A stretch of DNA of 63,836 nt, filler included, from Intoshia linei (taxonomy: Eukaryota; Animalia; Orthonectida), in assembly GCA_001642005.1 (NCBI GenBank). It is 8 parts of 8 records of this genome, joined end to end, with 100 filler letters (N's around TTAATTAATTAA, not from the genome) between each part and the next. Parts side by side here need not be neighbours in the genome. Positions count along the whole stretch, not along the records: positions 1 to 21,230 come from LWCA01000683.1; positions 21,331 to 46,367 come from LWCA01000511.1; 6 more parts are not named here. The stretch is one strand, 5' to 3'. Each line of letters starts with the position of its first letter. Positions within the stretch are counted from its first letter, which is position 1. Positions 14,105-26,412 of the stretch are shown here, piece by piece. Below the pieces are notes generated by a model. That model was not told where the DNA came from. It did no database searches and saw nothing but the letters and a program-made list of their open reading frames with translations. The translations under genes were made by a program, and so were the position numbers.

Positions 14105-17100
14105 ATGAGCACAAGAGTCAAAGTTGCTGTTAGGTTGAGACCGATGAATCAACGAGGTACTTGAATTGGATAATTTTAGCAATATTTACTTCAATGTTAA
14201 ATTTTATAGAGTTGAAAATTGGTGGAGACTGTATTGTAAAAATAAAAAATAATCGCACAGAAGTGATTCATCCTAAAAGAAGGTAATACATATTCATTTT
14301 CATCTGGTAATTTTTATTTTTAGAGATGTTAAGCCTAAAGTAAATTTTCCAATTATTTAAATTGATATGCATTTTAGGTGTTTACGTTTGATAATTGTTT
14401 CTGGTCATGTGATAATTCACAGCATTTTGTAGGTAAATGCTTTTGTCAAAAAATTGAATAGTTAAATTTGGGCTACAATCTGAATTTTAGACCAATCTGA
14501 AGTATTTGAATCTATTGGCACTGAAGTGGTGCAACATTCTTTCGATGGCTTCAATTCGTGTATATTCGCTTACGGTCAGACTGGTATGATTTAAAAAAAA
14601 ATTTAATTCAGTGATTCCTCTAAACATTTGCATTTGTATAAAATAGAAATAGTGGACATATTGAGCGGAAATGTCAGAGATGTTCAAATTTTTCTAAGAA
14701 AATTTACATTTTATATACAAGAATGACTCCAAGTAGATTGGATGGGATATTGATAAACTATCATAATTTAAAATATGATGAAATATTTAAATTAGAAAAT
14801 AAATATAAAAAAAAATTGAATATATAAAATTCAATGTACAATTTACTTTTCGTATGTACTAATATGTTTTTTCTTTTTTGAAATCTATATTCAAAATTTT
14901 ATTAAAAATGATCATCACACGATGCATCGTACGATATGATTCTTTGTCGAAAATTTTTGAAGTTTTCCTATATAGAATTTATAATTTTTATTTTGTCACT
15001 GTAGTAAATACTTGTTATAAGTTTTAATCAAAATAAATACAAATTAAAACGTAAATGGGGAAAGATAATATAACAATCAAGTTTAGTTATCAAAATATAG
15101 TATCCTAAGATACTACAGTCACAGTAGTTTAGTTATCATAAATATTCGTAGCAAAAATATTTTGGATTTATTTTTAGGGTAAGTTAAGGAATGACAACCA
15201 TTTAATTTAATTTTAAATTTACTTTGAATATAAGTTTAGTGTATATTTGAAATCTTCAGTTTTTATTAATATTTCACATACATAATACATGTATGAAGTA
15301 TCAATATTATTACACTTATTATATTATATTTATAGTAAGCTGACTGTTATGTACTACCTACTGTAATGTAAAAGATAAGTGATCTATAATATTTATTGAA
15401 TTAAATAAAAATTAATTAAGTTAACCTATAATAAATTTATTAATTCGATTTTAATGTGTGATTTGATTTGAGTGATAATGTGTGTGTTGATAATGAGAAT
15501 AAAGTATGTAATTTATTAAAATTACACCTAAAAACAGGATCTAGCTCTGCCGAGGGCACATTTTTATTATTCTTAAAAAATAAATTCACGTTGAAAATCA
15601 AACTTAAAAATCATAATATTCACTATTATCAATCTTTTAAAGGAGTGGTTCCCAAATTTGTTTTAGGTGAAACTATCATATCTCATTACTTTTTACTTTA
15701 AACTGAATTATTCCATCTTAATTTTTTGTTAGTTAAAATGTTCGTAAAGAATTTTAAAAAAAAATTGCTATCCCATTTTTTTAATTTATTGAACAGATTG
15801 TGTATATAATATTAAAAATAAAATAAAAACAGTCAAATCCTAAAAATTGTCATAAATAGCATAAATTTCAAAAAAAATAAAATTATAAAAACCTATTTTG
15901 TTATTTTGAGTGTGATGAATATCTATTCAGTACCAATTTAATAAATACTTAAAAATGATAATAACAAAGTTGTATTACTTTTAATAATCGTTGTAAATTT
16001 TATACAAAATGTTTTAAAAATGAGAATTTGATATTTAAAAATTGCGTAGCAATGAAAAAAATTCCGAACGAATGAATTATATAGATTTTTACCCATATTT
16101 CTTTATTGGAAATGTGTAGACGTTTAATGAAATTTTTTTTTGAAATTGTAGGATCAATATTTACATTTTCAATTTTTATTTAAATAGAAATATATTAAAA
16201 ATTATTTTTTATCGGGAATGCGTAGATTTCTGGGGTTGAACTTTTGTATTTATATCAACTGGAATAAGCTCTATTATAATAATCTTTATTTTTTAATTTT
16301 CTAACGATTAATTATTTCATAATCATAATCATAATCATAATCATAATCATTTTTTGTAATAATAAAATATTTTGGAAAAAAAATATATAAATACTAAAAT
16401 GCTTTTGTGACCGTGAAGTCGTCACTTATTTGGATTAAAATTTTTTGCGGGTTTTAACAGGATACAACTGTACCACCTGTAAATTTTTTTAAATTATAGG
16501 GCTGTTTTTATTAAAAAAAGAAGGGTAATTTGTGGTTTTGGCCCTGAAGATATAATTTTTTTAAATTCTCCAACTCGTCGTTTTAAATTACGATACAAAT
16601 TACGGGTTTTTGACCCATAAGATGTGAGTTTGGGAGGTTGAAATTTATTTTGTGAACACCCCGGAAAAAAACTGTAATTGAAAGGTTGACAATAGTTATT
16701 TAAATAAAGTGGAACACACACACACAAACAAAAATCGCGTAGCATATTATATAAGTAAGGATATAAATATTAATATTATTTCATATTAACGAACAAGGGA
16801 AGACTCCCGTCCTTTTTTTTGTTAGTTTTTATTTATTTAATTTATTTTTTTGATAATTAATTAATTCCGTTTTTACATTTTCCAACGCACTATTCTGCGC
16901 AATATGAACTTTTTAATCTGGCAACTCTGCTGAGTATTATATAAAAAGTACTTTTTAAACTTTATTTAAATATTTTACTTAGATTTTGATTCTAATTTTT
17001 TTAATTACGTTGAATTTCTTGTGAGATTATGAACTATTAACGATGCAATATAGAAAAAATTGCTAATTAATTTCTAAATTTAGTTAGTATACGAATAAAT

Positions 17101-20100
17101 ATATTCAAAATAAAAATTCAACAAAATACATATTAAAATTATCAGTAAGTTGACAGTTACATAAAACTATAATTACTATTAGATTAACTAGTAACTTTGG
17201 AAAACGTGGAATAACTCTTAAATTTATAATTTTTTTTAAGTTTTAAATTGTATTGTAGTTATAGAACATTTTTGGCATATACTTGTATTATAAATGGTTA
17301 TTTACTTACAGTTATAGTCACTTATAGTTAATAATATACACCAATATTTTTATATCAATAATTTATTACTATAATAAGTAATTATCAATTGTATAAGGAT
17401 TATTATGTAATTGTTTGTGATGCAATGTAAATTTTAAAATACTTTTTACTGAATTTTTTTTTAAAGTACTTAGTTGTACTGTACTGAAAAAAAAAATTAA
17501 GTTGAACACACTACTACCTACCTTACCTACATATCAAAAATTTTATCGTATAATCTTGATTAAATGTAAATTATAACACATCTTTCAAAACTATCACAAA
17601 TAGTTGTCGTAGACTATAAATTTCAAAATTAGTTGATTTTTAAATTAACTTTGTTGTTGGTAAAATATTAATTTGATATCTACCAATTTATTTACGTCTT
17701 TTTGCTTAATTTTGTAAAAAATTTTTTGATAAAATTAAAATATAGTTAGCAGAATTCATATAAAGCTTATAATAAGCATGAATATTATAATCTGGAACTG
17801 GTTTTGTGTTAAAATATAGAGAGTATAATTTTTAAGTTTATAAATTAAAAAAATATACATTAGACGCTATTGACTAGAGTTTAAATAATGAATGATAAAA
17901 TCTGTTTTTGACACCTAAGATAATGTCTTCAAAATGTGTTTTTTTAAATGTCTCAGATTTGCAGATAAACAGTTCTATATAATTAAGGACATTTCTATTA
18001 TTTCCATTTAATGATATGCCGAGTAAAATGACACATGCATTTATTTAGGATCAGGGAAATCATACACAATGATGGGATCGAAATCGGATATAGGTCTGAT
18101 ACCACGAGTAGCCAATGAATTAATTACTACTTTTGAAAACATGAATTGTAAAACCAATAGAATTGTATTAGAATTATCATATATGGAAATTTATAACGAG
18201 AAAGTTAAGGATCTTTTGAACCCTCAAAGGTACTTTTAATATACTATTATATTAATATTTCAATACTTTTAAAATATTTTATTATTTTTATTTAGCCCTT
18301 CAAATGCCAACATTTACTTAAAAGTTCGCGAAAATAAATCATATGGAACATATGTGGATGGATTATCAAAGTTAGTAGTGAATTCTTATGATGTACTTAT
18401 TAATTAATAATATCATTTATTAGAATATGAGAATGAAGTATAAATCTTGATGCATGTTGGAGAGCAAAGGGATTGAGCTCGTACAATAATGTCTTATTAT
18501 GAACAATATTGAATCAGATTGAGATCCGAACCCACTATAGTTGAGCCCACTAAAAATAAAAATAGAGCCCTAAAAAAAATTGAGCAAACGATGCGCTATC
18601 CAATGTAGATCCTACCCAAATCTCCACCAGTCAGGACTTGACAGTTTAAATTGTACTCATGATATTCAAAAATATAATTTTTTTAAACATTTATTTAAGT
18701 TTAAATTCAATTTATATGGTTAGGTACTTTGGTAGGCTTACTCTGCTTAGTTGTAATAAACAGGCTAATTATTATTTTAAAAATGAAATGTACAATAAAC
18801 GAATCAAACACGTTCGAACAATTAAAGTTTAAACCACCACCAAACTGATATTTAAATAAAGTTTATTATATATTTCAATAATATTTTTGTAAATTGTGTA
18901 GATTAAAATTGTGCATGTTACTTGATTAACCATATTTGCAGCTATCACTTTTAAATTATTTTGTATATGGTGGAAATACACTATATTCGCACGATCCTTT
19001 ATGAGTACTTGATATGCGGGCACCCCAATGAACATATATTAAAATTGTTGTTGCTTTGATAATTATAAAATCACTCCAATACTACCCATTTAATACGTTA
19101 GATCTTTATTAACATTGTAGATACTTCATATCATCATATACTGGAGGGTTAGGTAGTTAAATTCTCAATTAAAAGATTATTGACTGTCTTATTGATTGTA
19201 TAATATTAAAATTTCATAAATGAATATTAAATTTTTAGGAAATTGAGAAACATATTTCATTTGGTAGTTTATCAAGATCTGTTGCACAAACAAATATGAA
19301 CAATGAAAGTAGTAGATCTCATGCTGTTTTGACAATATATGTGACACAAATTGCATTTGATTCCGAAACAAAGGTAAAATATATTAACTTACTATTATGA
19401 TATATAATAGAATGGAAACCTTTTTAGGTGACCCTGAATAACCATGATTTACTATTCTGTGATGAGTGATTACTAATCGATTCATTTTGGAATAATGTAT
19501 ATAGTCATAAACGTTGAATGTAATTAATTTGAGCACATCATGGACCGACACCCTCTAATTGTTATCTGCCCTTACCTTATCTGTCTTTTTAATATTTTTA
19601 TAATTCTCCCGTGTCCGCACTAATAATTCCGTTTTGGGGTTATTAGTCACACAGATATAAAACATTAAAAATGATCGAAAAACCTTATTTATTAACAAAA
19701 TGGTTATCATTAAAATTTATTTAACACTAACCGAATTAATTGTAGACTAAATCAGAAAAGGTTAGTAAACTATCATTGGTAGATTTGGCTGGTAGTGAAA
19801 GAGCAGAAAAGACTGGAGCTAAAGGTGATCGATTGCGAGAAGGAAGCAACATAAACAAATCATTGACAACATTAGGACTAGTTATATCAGCTTTAGCGGA
19901 TGCTAAAAAGAAAAATAATTTTGTTCCATATAGAGATTCTGTTTTAACTTGGCTCTTAAAGGTACATTGTATATAATATGATATAGATGATATCAATTTG
20001 TGTAGTAAAAACATTATTCCCATACTATGTAAAAATAAATACAAAATACTCAAATTTTATAATGATTTATAGACACCGTTTAGATTCTAATTCATCTTAT

Positions 20101-20783
20101 ATTAATAGCTACAATATTTATTGTATTTTCAATTCATATTAGCTTCAAACTAAGAAAATATATTTGAAGGAAGAACTATATTACTGATAATAATGAAATT
20201 TTAAAGCTTTTTTGATATTCATAATTTGATTGTATAATTACAGGATAATCTTGGTGGAAATTCTAAAACTATTATGATGGCAACAATAAGTCCATCGGGA
20301 GACAACTATGAAGAAACGTTATCTACACTGAGATACGCTAATAGTGCCAAGAATATTACGAATTTAGCTGTAATCAATGAAGACCCGACGACCGCGTTAA
20401 TTCGTGAATTGCGCGAAGAACTCGATCGTCTTAGATTGGTTGTTGCCAATAAATCAGTCAATTCTGTACTATAATTATTTCATAATATAATGAAATTTAA
20501 TATTATATAGATTTACTAATTAATTTTCTAGCAATCCATAACCAGTTTAAGCACGTTAAATGATACAATTGACGCCAATGAAAGATTAATGAAGGATATT
20601 TCCAAAACGTATGATGAAAAATTAGAAGAAACTGCAAAAATTGATTCATGCCGTTTAAATTCATTACGAGAAATTGGAGTAACAATTGAAAAACAAGGAA
20701 TTACAGTTAAAAAGAATACATTCTATCTTATTAATCTTAGTTCTGATCCAAGTTTAGATTTGATGCTGGTTTACTATCTCAAC
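14105..20783 (+). CDS. KIF13: kinesin-3 motor, KIF13/Khc-73 subfamily (5' part; continues into gap)
   Basis: [18 protein letters not shown] start; P-loop AYGQTG|SGKSYTMMG; [10 protein letters not shown]; [41 protein letters not shown]; [14 protein letters not shown]|DNLGGNSKT; post-neck [19 protein letters not shown] resembles KIF13 LVNLNADPALNELLVYYL. Confidence 0.9.
15940..16761 (-). mobile_element. non-autonomous Helitron-like repeat, longest copy (kinesin intron)
   Basis: A|TCCTTACTTATATAATATGCTACGCGATTTTTGTTTGTGTGTGTGTG 5' end; homologous to 5425-6160 over ~700 bp; contains (CATAAT)5 at ~16318-16350. Confidence 0.65.
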
Positions 20784-21183
20784 GTATATTTTTTATAGGA
20801 CATTATATGTATAATGTATTTCATTAGTTTATAAAACTGTGTTTTAGTCAGTTTTGGTTTCAGTCAGTTTGTTTTGGTCCCTGTGTAAATACTTTTCGTG
20901 GACACCTGTAAAAATCTTTACGCATTAAATGAAACATTGAACCCTTAGTAAGAATATGAATCTCTTTATATGGGATAATGATATAATTAAAATATTTTTA
21001 ATATTTACGATTAAACCCACCTTCAAAGCTACTATCATGAAATACATATAATAATATGTGTATATGGTGACATAAAAATGTTAGATGTATTTTGTTGATT
21101 AGAAAGAAAACTCGAAAAGGTCTAGGTTCATGGTCGATGTTATATATTGATATTTACTTAATAATAAGTAATATAATTATCTA

Positions 21184-21215
21184 TTAGGTCGTTTCATAAG
21201 TAATGTCGTTTTTTT
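21184..21215 (+). mobile_element. mariner-like terminal inverted repeat at contig end
   Basis: TA|TTAGGTCGTTTCATAAGTAATGTCGTTTTTT resembles the TTAGGTTG...AAGTAAT...GTTTT mariner TIR pattern. Confidence 0.4.
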
Positions 21216-21230
21216 AACAAAATTAAAAAG

Positions 21231-21330
21231 NNNNNNNNNNNNNNNNNNNNNNNNNNNNNNNNNNNNNNNNNNNNTTAATTAATTAANNNNNNNNNNNNNN
21301 NNNNNNNNNNNNNNNNNNNNNNNNNNNNNN
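21231..21330. other. assembly gap with artificial TTAATTAATTAA spacer (also 46368-46467, 48965-49064, 53913-54012, 57181-57280, 59929-60028, 62195-62294)
   Basis: Seven identical 100-nt blocks N44-TTAATTAATTAA-N44; the 12-mer gives stops in all six frames. Confidence 0.97.
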
Positions 21331-21399
21331 CATTAATTTAAATATAATTATATTTTTGTTAATATTGAAAGCACTAACCTTACTTTAATCGTTTTCTTT

Positions 21400-21831
21400 C
21401 CAATTTTGATGTAACTTTGCCCATTCCATCCTTCATTTTTTCATTCGTGTTGAAAGGAGGGGTTTTCGAATTTTTTTGTATGATTTGTATCCTGCATCTA
21501 CAAGTTTACGGTTCACTGTTTTTCTTGATAAATTAATATTTTTGGTTTTAAGTTTAGATACGATTTCATTGCAGTTGGAATATCTGTTTTCCAGTGCGGT
21601 TCTAATAATAATTCTATCAGTTCTTTTATCTGTTCCATTTTTCCTGTCGCAGTTTTTCCTTTTGGATACATTCAATCCGTCTGTTTTTGCGTTACTTTTT
21701 TTTAGCAAAGATACATATGATTGTGAATACACCAATTCTATCACAATTTTTTTTTGACTCCAATTAGTATTTTCTATTAAACCAATTATAATAGATTTTT
21801 TTTCAGAAGAAATTTCCTGTTTTTTTCCCAT
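21400..21831 (-). pseudogene. Tc1-family transposase, N-terminal paired HTH fragment
   Basis: MGKKQEISSEKKSIIIGL...RKNGTDKRTDRIIIR...NLSRKTVNRKLVDAGYKSYKKIRKPLLSTRMKK; no DDE domain before the gap. Confidence 0.85.
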
Positions 21832-22553
21832 AGCAGATGAAGAAATTTCAAAAATAAAAATAAACGTGCAGAACTATAACAACGATAAGATTTATATTAA
21901 AACGATAATAGCACCGATTACGTGAATAACAAAGAGAAGTTAATATTTTTGTCTCTCTATAGTGTAAATCTAAATATTTTAGATGCATATTTGAATTAGA
22001 ATTAATTATTTGTTGGATTAATGTTTTAATGCTTAACAATGCATTTTCTAAATGAATGAAAATTCAGCTTTCTATATATGCTCTATATTATAATCTAATG
22101 TTAAAATAACAAAAGATATAACCATATTTACAATTTTTTGTAATTATTATAATTATATGGCCAATACTGTAAATATTAGTTATTTATTTATTTTAACAAT
22201 ATTAAATAATATAATTTTTTTCCTATTTCCATATAAATAAGAAATATTAATTTTATGTTTTGATTTTTTTTACGTTTTGCGAACGTAAACAAAAAATTCA
22301 TCAAATTTTTTAAGTACTTTTACTAAAATTTGAAAAAAGCTTACTTAGTTTTTTATTTTGTAAAACTAAGTACTTGGTACTTACTGAGTTAAAAAAAAAA
22401 ACTAAATTGAACACACTAGTCCGTATACTATTTGAATCGGAAACTACTGATATACCGTAAATCAGTAAAATTGTAATTTTAGTACGTAAATTTTACGTGT
22501 ATATAAATATATAATACTAATCTTGAAATTTACTGAAACATTCAATAATTTAG

Positions 22554-22722
22554 ACAAATTGAAACTTCATCAAAATCAAATATACAAAATTTAAACAAAA
22601 ATTCAGAAAAACTGCCACCTGTTTCTTTAAAAACAAAATTCGTTACATTTAAAAACATTGTACCTTGTGCAATGCAAAAATCACTACAAAAACTAAATAA
22701 TTCTGGATCTAAAATAAATTGA
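22554..22722 (+). CDS. candidate terminal exon (possibly of the kinesin)
   Basis: TTTAG acceptor at 22553, open frame QIETSSKSNIQNLNKNSEKLPPVSLKTKFVTFKNIVPCAMQKSLQKLNNSGSKIN* with A-rich coding-like skew. Confidence 0.35.
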
Positions 22723-22897
22723 TAATTATTATACAATGTAATTATAAATCACATTTATTATTTATTTAAACAAGTGATATACGATGAATTTCCCTAAACT
22801 TACTGAATTTCAGTGTATTTTTATACAAATTTTTAATCCTATAATCCAAGGAAAAAATTTTTGAAAAATCGTTTGAAATTTAGTATATATTATATAT

Positions 22898-23153
22898 CAG
22901 TGATGCCCAACGTGGTCCACAGCCAAATTTGAAGATAACAATAAAATTCTTATTTTAATACATTTATTTTTATTTTGTATTTTCAATTATTTTCATTGAA
23001 ATATGATTTGCAATTTGATGAGTGATGAGTTTGAAATTGCAGTACTTTTTGATTTTAAAATGAATCGTTTACAACTGAAAATTATTCGGTGGTTTACAAA
23101 AAATTTCTTATATAGCTTGTGGTCCACAGGTTTAAAAAGGTTGAGCGTCCCTG
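22898..23153. mobile_element. hAT-type MITE
   Basis: Ends CAGTGATGCCCAAC / GTTGAGCGTCCCTG; flanks TTATATAT / ATATATAA. Confidence 0.6.
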
Positions 23154-23515
23154 ATATATAACACTGTTACTGAGATCGGGATAAACCTCATGAAGTTTCT
23201 TCGCTATTCATAGTGGAAATGGACTTAATATACAATGTATATAAACCATTTATTTACAAAATTTTTATGAATTTTTCCAATCCAGAGACTTTTATAAATA
23301 TTAAATTCGGACTGAGAATTTAATGATAATATTATTACTAATTATAATTTTAGAAATTAGACAAAGTTTTAAATGTCAAAATTTGTAAATAAAATTTTTC
23401 CATATATAAAAAACTTGTAAACACATACATATTAATTTATTAATAATATTTTTGTACAAAAGTAAAATGTAATGAATATGGTATAACAACTATATGAATT
23501 ATTATATTTATATAT

Positions 23516-23645
23516 TAGGTTGACTGTTATGTACTTCGTACAAACAGCATCTACCTCTGCCGAAGGCGGACTTTTTTTAATTCTACCAAAAAAATGCTAC
23601 ATTCACCATTATCAATCCTTTAAAGCAGTGGCCACCAAACTCTTT
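23516..23645 (+). repeat. dispersed repeat with conserved end TAGGTTGACTGTTATGTACT...CTAGCTCTGCCGA
   Basis: Related copies at ~12305-12355 (-), 15336-15358 plus 15530-15660 (+), and ~59500-59602 (-). Confidence 0.6.
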
Positions 23646-24357
23646 GACTAAAAAAAATTTTATAAAGGTGTGCGTTTCTGAGACTGAGATTTACGACAAT
23701 GTTAATGGTTTACAACGCTTCCCAGAATTTATGGCTTATGTCATTTTTAAAAAAAAGGCAAATTGGGTTTCTCCCCTGAAAGACTCAAATCCGGAAATGA
23801 AACATAGATATTCATCCAGTTCGAAAACTGTATTAGAAATTAGTTTTTAATTTTGTCAAAAACACAATTTCCCCTTTATTTAAATATTGTGTAAAATTAG
23901 TTTTTTAAAAAATTTTAATTAAAGTTTACTATTAAATAATTTATATGGCTTATTCTAAAAACCTGACCATCCAAAATGCAGTTAAACAATATAGTGGGTA
24001 ATATCGAAATAAGTACTATAATATGGGTAATGTAGTAAAAACGTTTGGAAACACTGGTCTAAAATGTTTGTTTCGAGGTTCTAAACATACTTTAATGTGT
24101 GGCCCTATCGCAGATACATAAAAGTAACAATTTCATGAACGTGTACCAGTATTGTGAAAGATTTGAGGCAAATAGTATCCGTTATATAGTTTTAAGACTA
24201 ATTTGTATGAATCTGAATCAGATTGTGAACCATACTTTGGTGTATTCGATTTGTCAAAAAATCAAGTTCAATGACACAATTGACAGAAATATAAAATGTG
24301 AACCAAAATAATGATATACAAAGTTACTTTTATTATTTAATAAAATACCAAGGAAAT

Positions 24358-25618
24358 ATGACTGATGCAAGCACAACAAGTGCTTCAAAGGGGTTTATAG
24401 CTGGAGGCGTAGCTGGTATGTCAATGGTTATAACATGTCATCCACTCGATACTTTGAAAGTACGCATGCAAACAGGAGAATCTCAATCAATTATTCGATA
24501 TTTGACAAATATGTTAAAAAATGAGGTTTATCAAAATGATATATAACAATTTTTAGGGACCTAGATCTGTATATAAAGGCATGACTGCTCCATTAGCAGG
24601 CATTACACCAATTTTTGCCCTTAGCTTTTATGGATATAACGTAGGAAAATTGATACAAATGAAGGACGAAAATAGCATTTTATCGTATGCTTTATTGGAG
24701 TGCAAAGACCATATTATTCCCTTGACTCCTTAAGTGTTAAGAGATTATAAAATGTAATCAACTGTTTACAACCTATCATTTTTTTGTGAGTATTTTATTT
24801 CCTTAGAACTCGTATTTATTTGTCATGAATACACGGTTAAAGGCACTGATTTTATAGTTACCTATCGTGTTAATTCAGATTTTCACAAATTTTTGCGGCA
24901 GGAGTCATTTCTGGAATTTACTCGACAGGTTAAATTAAATTAAAAGTACGCATGTTTAGTATTAATGGCACCCGGAGAACGTATAAAATGCCTGCTGCAA
25001 GTGCAACAATCCTCCAAACAAAAAATATACAACGGACCCATCGACTGCGCCAAAAAATTATATAAACAAGGAGGAATACGAAGTGTCTACAAGGGAACAG
25101 GTGCTACTCTTTTGAGAGGTAGTTACTATGAAAATTATTGCACATAAAATTAGATCTTCCTGCGTCAGGTGTATATTTTTCATCATATGAATATTTGAAA
25201 TATTTATTTACTCCAACTGGAACAAGGTAATTTTAACAATGACTGAAAAATGTTATAGTGGCAAAGATTTATCATCAAGTAGAACATTAATGGCAGGTGG
25301 TATAGCAGGAATGTTGAACTGGACAGTTTGTATGCCACCTGATGTTGCAAAGTCCATTTACCAAACAGGTTGCGTATATTAAAACTAAAACTAAACATAT
25401 CAAATAGCCCCAGAAGGAAAATACAAAGGGTTATATAGTGTTTTTACTGAAATTATGAAGAAGGACGGATTGAAAGGATTTTATCGTGGTGCTACTGCAG
25501 TGTATCTTAGGGCTTTTCCAGCAAACGCTGTATTCCACGATTGATTATTTTTAATTCTATTTAGATAATTTTTTTTATGTACGAAGCTACAATGAAATCA
25601 CTAAATAAAATTTATTAA
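24358..25618 (+). CDS. SLC25A20: mitochondrial carnitine/acylcarnitine carrier (colt/dif-1-like), 8 exons
   Basis: [27 protein letters not shown]; [22 protein letters not shown]; [14 protein letters not shown]; [15 protein letters not shown]|DLPASGVYF; [13 protein letters not shown]|APEGKY; RAFPANA; stop TAA 25616-25618. Confidence 0.95.
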
Positions 25619-26412
25619 TTTGACTTGGCAAGTTGAACACTTTGTTTTAGCATTTCAATGCGTTTTTGAGTGGAAACATCTTTATTATCCTTTTTGCTTA
25701 ATTTTTTTTCTATTTTAATTCGTTCTTCATTTTGTTTGACTAACTTTTCATACCTGGGATCACGTTTATCAATTTCATAACCATAATATTTTTTGACCAT
25801 TTTCTTAAGTTGCTCTTCTTTTTTAATTGCATATTCTAGATTAACATTCTCCTTTTCATGCATACTTATCAATTTCTGGTGGTGTATGTTCATTTTATCT
25901 AAGGCTTCATCAATCTCTTTTTCTCTAAATTAAAATCAATTAATCAAAATCTTTAAAAATTACTTTTCGTAGATATCGTTTTGTTTATCTATTGCAGACT
26001 GTTTTACTTTTTCAACCAGTTCTTCTGTACCCATTTCATTTGATCTTTCTTGGCAAAGTTTTGCAAATTCTTTACCATGCGGCCAAAATAATCCATTCGG
26101 AGCTCCTATTTTTTCTGGTCCAAATTTTATTGCCATTTTTCTTATATTGTTCATTTGATAATCATAGTCGTATATAGGTTTAGGTATTTTGGTTAATCGA
26201 TGTACTACCTTGGAGGGAAGTTTACTTTTTAAAAGATTCGATATTTGGTATTTCTCAGGTTTAGGAGGATAATTTAAATAGTCGTTTTCTTTAAAACCAT
26301 TCACATTGTTGTTAATTTCCATTGCTGTAAGTATCTCATCTCCTACATTGTAGGATTTAAAGGTTCGCACTTGCATCCAACATGTTCCAACGCGAAAATT
26401 TTTCAATTTCAT
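25615..26412 (-). CDS. GADD45GIP1: CRIF1 / mitoribosomal protein mL64 (2 exons, intron ~25926-25963)
   Basis: KFGPEKIGAPNGLFWPHGKEF resembles CRIF1 RYG..SGV.PG.LWPS.E; KYYGYEIDKRDPRYEKLV resembles LGYQVDPRS.RFQELL; coiled-coil C-terminus. Confidence 0.8.

Noticed and set aside
16494-16745. Short ORFs 16494-16745, 35658-35933, 41166-41354, 15468-15701, 23644-23850
   Set aside because: They fall in dispersed non-coding repeats, and the frames are not conserved between copies.
19736-20053. Antisense ORFs (19736-20053, 14487-14687, 21476-21757, 46539-46811, 62966-63238 and similar)
   Set aside because: Shadows of real exons or transposase frames on the opposite strand.
21275-21286. Palindromic TTAATTAATTAA recurring seven times
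   Set aside because: Always centred in a 100-nt N block; an artificial six-frame stop spacer.
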